Shown piece by piece: positions 57,417-64,000 of a DNA stretch of 64,000 nt (positions within the stretch are counted from its first letter, which is position 1; the number at the start of each line of letters is the position of its first letter). Under the pieces are notes generated by a model. It saw nothing but the letters and a program-made list of their open reading frames with translations, was not told the DNA's origin and made no database searches. The stretch is from Candidatus Obscuribacterales bacterium. GTDB lineage: Bacteria > Cyanobacteriota > Vampirovibrionia > Obscuribacterales > Obscuribacteraceae. The position numbers and the translations under genes are program-made. The stretch lies in the NCBI GenBank assembly GCA_965228855.1, contig CBDDIJ010000003.1, positions 448,001 through 512,000 of the forward strand, written 5' to 3'.

Positions 57417-57647
57417 GTGCGGAACTCGAAAGTGGTGCCAATTAGTCGCCGCTGGATAACGTATTCAACGCGACGCTTCCATGATTATAAGGCAAACGGG
57501 AACGCTGGCAACTACTGGATTTTGCGATGATCCGTTTCTATATTTTGTGCATATATAAGTCTAAGAGAATTTAAGTACCATCGATTCTTGACGAGCGTTA
57601 CTATTGTTGAAAGAGATCCGTTTCTGCTGGAAAGCAAGCGAGGCAAA

Positions 57648-58274
57648 ATGTCTGGGGCCGATTTGGCGCGCAAGATTCTGCGTAACCTCACATCTGGTGG
57701 CATTGATAGTTCCGGAGTGCGCCCGGACTATGTCGAGCATTTGACCAATAAGTCGAAGGCATTCTTCAAGAGCTACGAAAAAGGTTTCGGAATAGTCAAC
57801 GACGATGACATCCTTCGCGATGCGACACTCCGGATGGTTGAGCGTATCTTCAACTTGATAGAACCGTATGTAGTGCACTTCAACAACGCTGTTGATTCTT
57901 CGCAGCTCTGTCTTGCCGCGACTCCACCGGATGAAATTCTGGAGACCGTCGAAGGTGAGTGGCCCTTTCGTGCAGCTCAAGAGGTGTCGTTTTACAGGGC
58001 ACGTTTTTCGTTTCACAACATGAGTCTCGTATTGCGTGGCTCTGACGACCGTGTTGAATTCTACGTTTTGCCGGTCGATCAAGTCATGCGAATGAGCGCA
58101 GTCGAAGACCAGTACGGTGCGCTTATGGTCTATAACGCGAAGGTGTTCAATGGAAAAGTTGAGTGGGAGGTAGAGGGTAAGCCGCTCACCGATGAGCGTT
58201 TTGAACGCTACTGTCTACTCATGTTCGAATATTTTGTCAAAGAATCACAGGAAGAATTGATGCGCGCTTCTTAA
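57648..58274 (+). CDS. Hypothetical protein
   Basis: GAGG RBS before ATG 57648; globular-looking composition. Confidence 0.65.
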   Translation: MSGADLARKILRNLTSGGIDSSGVRPDYVEHLTNKSKAFFKSYEKGFGIVNDDDILRDATLRMVERIFNLIEPYVVHFNNAVDSSQLCLAATPPDEILETVEGEWPFRAAQEVSFYRARFSFHNMSLVLRGSDDRVEFYVLPVDQVMRMSAVEDQYGALMVYNAKVFNGKVEWEVEGKPLTDERFERYCLLMFEYFVKESQEELMRAS

Positions 58275-58303
58275 AATCGAAGGCGCTATGGCAAGGAAGA
58301 AAA

Positions 58304-58648
58304 GTGCTCATCTACGAAGTCAATCTCGAAGTTGACGAAGAAATCAACTACAAAATGGCGGCGTACTTGCAAGAACACTTGCAAAAAATGCTGACCTTCA
58401 AGGGTTTTCGCACGGCGTACTGGTTCTTTCGTCGTCCTGAAGATGAGCCTGATGCCCCTCCCGAAAAGACTTTGTGGACGATTCAATATGTCGTCGAGTC
58501 GAGGGAGGATCTGGACGACTATCTGGCGAATCATGCAGAAGCAATGCGCGGCGAGACCAACGAAAGGTTTGCCGATAAATTTAAGGCTACGCGCCGGATT
58601 TTGAATTTGCTTGGTGTTGCGGGTCTGTCCGCCGAGCAGAATGCATAA
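58304..58648 (+). CDS. DUF4286-like (dimeric alpha-beta barrel) protein
   Basis: IYEVNLEV, QYVVESREDLDDYLANHAEAMR, RFADKFKATRRIL. Confidence 0.75.
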   Translation: MLIYEVNLEVDEEINYKMAAYLQEHLQKMLTFKGFRTAYWFFRRPEDEPDAPPEKTLWTIQYVVESREDLDDYLANHAEAMRGETNERFADKFKATRRILNLLGVAGLSAEQNA

Positions 58649-58755
58649 CAAGGCGATTTAAAGATAATTGAGATTAGGTTGTGCTCCCACTCGGTATAAG
58701 AAATAGTGGGAATGGCCTGGTTTAAGCCCACGATTTTGGGCGAGGTGTAAGAGAT

Positions 58756-59172
58756 ATGCGAATCTTTCTCGGCTTGTGCTGGGCTCTATTGCTGACCCTG
58801 TCGGCACCGATAGGTTCAATTGCGGCGGATTCCCCATCGCCGAAAGCGAGTGATAAAGTGCTTGTGGTAATGGTTTACGACGGCGGGTGTCACATCTGGT
58901 GTGATGAAGTACGACCAATTATCAGTGGTGTGACGAAGGCGTACGGCGACAAAGTCGAACTTCACGAGATCGATGTGCAGAAATCAGTGCTGAAGGAGTC
59001 GCTCGGAAAGGCTAACGAATTGGGCGTAAAGTCTTTTGTTGAGGGCGCCCTGGCATGGGTTCCGACTGTTGGTGTTTTCGACCAGAAACGCAAGCTTGTG
59101 AAGTCGATCCCCGGCGTCAGCAAGAAAGACACCTACAAAAGAATGATTGATAAGGCCTTGAAGCAGGGTTAG
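58756..59172 (+). CDS. Exported thioredoxin-fold protein with CxxxC motif
   Basis: Signal peptide; VLVVMVYDGGCHIWCDEVRPII; WVPTVGVFD (cis-Pro position). Confidence 0.72.
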   Translation: MRIFLGLCWALLLTLSAPIGSIAADSPSPKASDKVLVVMVYDGGCHIWCDEVRPIISGVTKAYGDKVELHEIDVQKSVLKESLGKANELGVKSFVEGALAWVPTVGVFDQKRKLVKSIPGVSKKDTYKRMIDKALKQG

Positions 59173-59193
59173 TAACAGTCTCGTGAGAGAACA

Positions 59194-61134
59194 ATGGTCC
59201 GTGTAAATCCAAATCTTTTGAAGGGTTTCAGCTGGGTCGCTATCGGTCTGGTTTGTCTCACCATCGCACTATCCGGTCTTGTCTTATTCGGATGGGCAAC
59301 CAACACTGCGCTGTTGATGGACTTGTGGCCGGATATCTCGGAAAACCAGGTTGGGCGTGTCCTGTCTGCTGCGGCGGTGACGCTGATCGGATACGGCATC
59401 GCTACTCTGACTTTCATCTTCGGCAAGACTAATAAATTTGCCATCGCCGTGGGTGAGTTTATCAATGCTTTGATGCTTACCGGCGTTGGTATTGCGATTT
59501 ACTTTATCTGTACGCAGGATGTTTTCGAAAATGAGCTCGTTCTTTTCCCTGGCCCGGACGGTGCTGCTCAGGGAGCCACCTATCCGACTCCTCTATCCTA
59601 TGAAGTGGCTGGTTTGCTTCTTCTTGTTGGTCTTACGGTTGCTGCGATACCATTTGGAAAACCAAAGAAGTATCCGCTGTTCCAAATACTTGCGATAGTC
59701 TCGCTTGTGGTTCCCTTTCTGATAATCCTTTCTGCGTCGACTAATATCGCGCAACTTTGTGCGGCAACCGGGTGCATAAAGCTATCACCGGGATTCGCAT
59801 TGTTGTGCGTTACCATGCTTGTCGGAATATTCTTTTCGCGTCCTGAGCTGGGCATCGCGGCATTATTCTCGCGCTCATCTCCAGCTTATGCGTTGATGAG
59901 ACGTGTGACTGTTTTTCTCTGTATTGTGCCACCACTCATGATGGCACGCTCAATGATTACGCGTCCACCGCTCGAGGTCGAGACTGGTTTTTCCTGGGCG
60001 TTATTCGTTCTCTTCCTTCTCGTTGCGCTCGGTGCTGTCATCGCATCTGGTGTCAACATATTTAACCGAGTTGAAACCGAACTTACCGGTCAACTCGCAA
60101 ATATGAGAGACGAGTTGGAGAGAACTTCCGGAACTAGCGGTTCGGGCACGATCGATATGGCCGGTTCCATCAACTATAAGGTTCGCTATAAACGCATTTG
60201 TCTTACTTGCACGGCTGAGTACGGTGACGACATTGAACTCTGTCCAAACGATTCGTCGAAGTTGAGCCGCGTCATGAACGAGTCGATGATCGGAACTGTT
60301 TTCCTCGATAAGTATGAAATCACGGAGCGGCTCGGTGCAGGTGGCATGAGTACTGTGTATAAAGCCAAGCACAAATACATGGATAAGTATTTCGCGATCA
60401 AGGTGTTGAAAGGAAATACTGCCGAATCGCGTGATGGGCTGAAACGGTTTCAGCGCGAAGCGCGTGCAACAGGCTCGATTTCGCACTCAGGTATTGTCGG
60501 GGCGGCGGATTTTGGATTGACGCAGGACGGTCGAGCTTATCTGGTAATGGACTATTTGGAAGGCGAGAGTTTATCTCACTTCCTGGACCGCACCGGTAGT
60601 ATGAGTGTAAGTGACGTGATTGGTTTGACCGAGCAACTTTGCGATGCCCTGCGAGTCGCTCACGATAACGGCATTGTTCATCGCGATCTCAAACCGAGTA
60701 ACATCATGCTTGTTAGTGGCGAGAACGGGCAGATCGTCGCGAAGATTGTCGACTTCGGGCTTGCCAAAATTCTCGAGGATGACGAGTCTCCCGAGCTGAA
60801 GATTACCCAGACAGGCGAATGCTTCGGAAGTCCGCTCTACATGAGTCCGGAACAATGCATGGGCAAGAGGGTAGATTTTCGCTCCGACATTTATTCGCTG
60901 GGCTGCATCATGTTCGAGTGTCTAACTGGAAATCCTCCTATAATTGGTGCGAATGCTGCAGACACCATTGCTAAGCACGTCAAGGAGCGTCCCGCGGCTT
61001 TTCCTGACGCTTTGCAGATACCGAATGAAATCAAGCTCGTTGTCTACAAAGCGCTGCATAAGGAGCCGGTGTGGCGACCTCAATCAGTGACTGAGATCAA
61101 GGATTCTTTATCCGGCTCTTTGAGACAGCTTTAG
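59194..61134 (+). CDS. Ser/Thr kinase with N-terminal ~8-TM domain and zinc-ribbon-like segment
   Basis: CLTC..CPND; LGAGGMSTVY, AIK, RFQREA, HRDLKPSN, DFG, GSPLYMSPE. Confidence 0.9.
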   Translation: MVRVNPNLLKGFSWVAIGLVCLTIALSGLVLFGWATNTALLMDLWPDISENQVGRVLSAAAVTLIGYGIATLTFIFGKTNKFAIAVGEFINALMLTGVGIAIYFICTQDVFENELVLFPGPDGAAQGATYPTPLSYEVAGLLLLVGLTVAAIPFGKPKKYPLFQILAIVSLVVPFLIILSASTNIAQLCAATGCIKLSPGFALLCVTMLVGIFFSRPELGIAALFSRSSPAYALMRRVTVFLCIVPPLMMARSMITRPPLEVETGFSWALFVLFLLVALGAVIASGVNIFNRVETELTGQLANMRDELERTSGTSGSGTIDMAGSINYKVRYKRICLTCTAEYGDDIELCPNDSSKLSRVMNESMIGTVFLDKYEITERLGAGGMSTVYKAKHKYMDKYFAIKVLKGNTAESRDGLKRFQREARATGSISHSGIVGAADFGLTQDGRAYLVMDYLEGESLSHFLDRTGSMSVSDVIGLTEQLCDALRVAHDNGIVHRDLKPSNIMLVSGENGQIVAKIVDFGLAKILEDDESPELKITQTGECFGSPLYMSPEQCMGKRVDFRSDIYSLGCIMFECLTGNPPIIGANAADTIAKHVKERPAAFPDALQIPNEIKLVVYKALHKEPVWRPQSVTEIKDSLSGSLRQL

Positions 61135-61243
61135 TGTGACCGCATGAAGCAGGAGATGGATAGCGATTCCTTCCTGATTCGTTTGACGTTTATAGATCCG
61201 ACGAAAGCTTTTATGGCTATTCTTAAACGCTTGTCCCTTGTCA

Positions 61244-62710
61244 TCAATGGCTTCGGGGAATTTTGAACCAGAAAGTGCTTCCTTCGTTCAAAACTGATGT
61301 TACGCCGATTTCACCACCATGTTGTTCGACAATAGTTTTTGAAATTGGGAGTCCTAAGCCGGTACCACCTTTAGATGTCTGGTCGCTGCTCTCGACCTGT
61401 TGAAACGGTTCGAATATTTGCTCCAGTTTGTCTTGTGGAACACCCCGTCCTCTATCCGTGACGCGAAATTCGTAGTCTTCGTCATACTTAAGAACTTGAA
61501 CGGTGATCAATCCTTCCTTGGGCGAAAACTTAATGGCATTCGACAAGAAGTTGATGAGCACTTGAACCAAGCGGTCTTTGTCTGCTATGAATTGACCGCC
61601 GACGTCGTTAATCTCTAGTTTGACGCTATGACGATCAGCCATGTCTTTGACGCTTCCTATGGCGGCTTCAATGACTTCGCTGCTCGTTGTTTCTTTCAAA
61701 TCTAAGTCGAATCGAGCGCCTTCCATGGTTTCAATGCTGAGCAGGTCATCGATCAGACGCATTACCCGGTCTGTGTCGCGTGCGGCTAAAAGAATGCGAT
61801 TCTCCGCTTTCTCACTGAGATCGCCGAGCACTCCCTGCGAAAGATTATGCAAAGTGTACTGCACCGTACGTAGTGGCTCGCTGAGTTCATCCTTGACGAG
61901 GGATACGAGGTGTTTACGTTGCTTATCCACCTGTATCAGGTCCTGAGCCGCGGCGTGAAAAACTTCGTCGATATGAGCTAGTTCGTCATCTCCGCGAATC
62001 CGTGCCGCCAGCGGTTCTCTTCTTACGAGCCGACGGGTATTTTCCGAGAGTATTGCGATTGGTGTTGTGATTGTCCATGCAAAGATAACTGCTAGCACCA
62101 CTGTCAGTATCACATGCGCGCCCACTCCGTAAATTATAAATTGGCGAATATACTCGCGGTAAAGCTTTTCTTTAGCTTGAACTTTGGTTTGTGTATCTTG
62201 CTCCATTGTAAGAAGCTTATCGATGACTTTGAACGAACCTGTCATTCGAGAATACACGCGGTCCGATTTTTTTGTGGTGCCGGCGACCTTTTGAAGATCT
62301 GCATCCGGTTCGAACTCGCCTGTAAAAATAGTCCGCAATCTGTTCAGCGTTGTAGTTACAGTGGACTCTACTTCAAGGCTCAAGCTCCTGCGAGGCTCGG
62401 TTCTTTCGCAAAGACGTTTCAACTCTATGAGTTGGTTGCTGATGAAGTGAGCATCCTCATCGAAGCGAACGTCGAGCATCGGAATCTTCATTGCGTTGTA
62501 CAACATAGAAAGAAACTGGCAGTCGATTACTCTAGTACCGATGGTAGTTGCCACTGCGACAATTTTCTTAGATTCGATCCGGCGCTGAATATCACCTTCT
62601 GCAACAACCAGCAGGTAAACGAGGACGCTCATGAAAATCACTTCGAAGACTAGAGGTACTATCACGAGAAACAATCCCTTCTGGGCAATTTTTGATTTGA
62701 CCTTAATCAT
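61244..62710 (-). CDS. Membrane sensor histidine kinase-like protein with intact ATPase domain but no phospho-acceptor His
   Basis: TM-sensor-TM-HAMP; H-box reads VKDELSEPL; N box NFLSNAIKF, G1 DRGRGV, F IFEPF, G2 GGTGLGL. Confidence 0.88.
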   Translation of the reverse strand: MIKVKSKIAQKGLFLVIVPLVFEVIFMSVLVYLLVVAEGDIQRRIESKKIVAVATTIGTRVIDCQFLSMLYNAMKIPMLDVRFDEDAHFISNQLIELKRLCERTEPRRSLSLEVESTVTTTLNRLRTIFTGEFEPDADLQKVAGTTKKSDRVYSRMTGSFKVIDKLLTMEQDTQTKVQAKEKLYREYIRQFIIYGVGAHVILTVVLAVIFAWTITTPIAILSENTRRLVRREPLAARIRGDDELAHIDEVFHAAAQDLIQVDKQRKHLVSLVKDELSEPLRTVQYTLHNLSQGVLGDLSEKAENRILLAARDTDRVMRLIDDLLSIETMEGARFDLDLKETTSSEVIEAAIGSVKDMADRHSVKLEINDVGGQFIADKDRLVQVLINFLSNAIKFSPKEGLITVQVLKYDEDYEFRVTDRGRGVPQDKLEQIFEPFQQVESSDQTSKGGTGLGLPISKTIVEQHGGEIGVTSVLNEGSTFWFKIPRSH

Positions 62711-63998
62711 CTTGCTTTCCTCTCGGAGGAAGCTTCAACGCGAAATGACTTGTCTGAGAGTCAGACACCGCTGTCAGTGAACCACCATGAGCTTGTGCGA
62801 TTGCCGCTGCCAGGGCGAGAAATAATATTCTCCCTTTGACCTCGTTCTCTTCCGTTTCTCGGGTCCTGTCGAAATAATTCGCTGCTTGTACCGGAGACAG
62901 TGGCGGACCATTGTCCAGAAACCGGATGTCTACGAATCCTGCACTGTCGATAGTACCGGTAATTGTCAAACTTCCTTCGGAGGGAATTCTGAGTAAGCAG
63001 GTCTCAATCAGGATCTCAGTGGTTTCTTTTAGTTTGTCCCAATCTCCAACCAGAGGCAGTTCTTCAAACTGACAGTCCACCGATATCTGTTTCTCTTCGA
63101 TGAATTGCTCATGGGCATCAAGTGCGTCAACGATTATGTGTCCGATGTCCAGCTCCGCTTGTTTAAGAATCTGGCTTCCTGCTTCCAGGCGCTCCAGCAA
63201 GAGCAAATTGTTTATGAGTTTAATCAGGCGATCGACGCTCTGCTGCGCCCTTACTATCTCAGGGGTGGCTCGCTCGGAAAACTGTCCCATCGCTCCTGCC
63301 TCGAGCAAGGTCAGAGTGCCCTGGACGGAGGTCAATGGTGTTCTCAGCTCGTGACTGACTACAGCAACTAATTGTTGTTTGAACTTCTCGAATTCGAGAA
63401 TTTCATTTGCGGTTTCGTGCAGAGCGTGGTCCAGATCCGCGATCTCATCGGTTCCGCGAAGAGGAGGGTCAAGAGGCAATCGAGCGCCGAATTTGAATGT
63501 GTTGTTCAACACGTTTTCCATTCGTGCCGTGATCCCGCGCATCACGAAGGTCGCAAGAAATACGGTGATGGCAATGTTCGCGATGAAGCCGAAGAGAAAG
63601 AAAATTTGCAACTGCACAAGGGTTTGCTGTCGCAGTTTTGGTTGAATCGTCAGAATCTTCTGCTCCTTCTCAAGAATCACAGATGCTGCGGTTTCTGGTC
63701 GCTGTTGATTCGCTGAAGTGAGGCTGGCTAAATTGAAGAATGAGCTGACTCTCGCTTGAGGGGCGCTGTTGAGGGCGCGGTCTTGCTGGCGCATCCACTC
63801 GTCGGCGGCGTTGCGAAGCCGGCTGGCAGACTCAAGTTCGGCAGGATCTTTGGCGCACAGCTTTACTAGTTTGGAATATGCTCGCAACAATTTTGCGCGT
63901 GACTTTTCGTTGCGCTCCTTCATTTCGTTGCGACGCGTGATGTTGTAGAGAATCGCTGACGTCATCGAGTCTGAAATCTCTTTGACCATTGTCTCAAC
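62703..63998 (-). CDS. Membrane sensor histidine kinase-like protein (5' end outside the window) with intact H-box but degenerate ATPase domain
   Basis: HAMP GTDEIADL; VSHELRTPLTSVQG; N box Asn lost, DNGPPL, GRILFL; frame open to the window edge. Confidence 0.85.
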   Translation of the reverse strand, partial: VETMVKEISDSMTSAILYNITRRNEMKERNEKSRAKLLRAYSKLVKLCAKDPAELESASRLRNAADEWMRQQDRALNSAPQARVSSFFNLASLTSANQQRPETAASVILEKEQKILTIQPKLRQQTLVQLQIFFLFGFIANIAITVFLATFVMRGITARMENVLNNTFKFGARLPLDPPLRGTDEIADLDHALHETANEILEFEKFKQQLVAVVSHELRTPLTSVQGTLTLLEAGAMGQFSERATPEIVRAQQSVDRLIKLINNLLLLERLEAGSQILKQAELDIGHIIVDALDAHEQFIEEKQISVDCQFEELPLVGDWDKLKETTEILIETCLLRIPSEGSLTITGTIDSAGFVDIRFLDNGPPLSPVQAANYFDRTRETEENEVKGRILFLALAAAIAQAHGGSLTAVSDSQTSHFALKLPPRGKQDD

Positions 63999-64000
63999 GG

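Noticed and set aside
1..64000. Cyanobacterial HIP1 (GCGATCGC) enrichment
   Set aside because: Only scattered copies seen by eye; not counted, so no claim is made

Overview
Gene-dense bacterial chromosomal segment (GC roughly 50% by eye) with about 50 CDS. I found no rRNA, tRNA, CRISPR array, transposase or phage genes. The content (four Hanks-type Ser/Thr kinases, several TPR proteins, an SLH protein, minCDE-rodA, ppk1, glgP/glgX, MshEN-like repeats) suggests a non-photosynthetic cyanobacterial relative such as Melainabacteria/Obscuribacterales; this is inference only. Housekeeping genes: ubiA/mqnP-like prenyltransferase, minC-minD-minE-rodA, APC permease, meaB, nagA, orphan dam, ppk1, mscS, gshB-like ligase, glgX, glgP. 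Two systems stand out. (1) A five-gene minus-strand operon (14216->5045) encodes a UbiA-like prenyltransferase, a PEP-synthase/rifampin-phosphotransferase-like enzyme fused to a BtaA-like (DUF3419) domain, a phytol/dolichol-kinase-like membrane protein, a tandem GNAT and an OleC-like AMP ligase. It looks like an uncharacterised lipid or small-molecule pathway, and its last gene has an in-frame TAA. (2) Two overlapping membrane histidine kinases have complementary defects: one keeps the phospho-His but has a degenerate ATPase domain, the other has an intact ATPase domain but Asp in place of His. This suggests an obligate heterodimeric 'split' kinase. Other oddities: NDH-2 fused to cNMP and CBS domains, a sigma70-region-4/degenerate SF1 helicase fusion, MinC with a ~290-aa insert, a CxxxC thioredoxin next to an 8-TM kinase, a 30-aa membrane peptide, and a structured intergenic unit flanked by 44-bp direct repeats. 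All calls are from motif recognition by eye; no searches were run.
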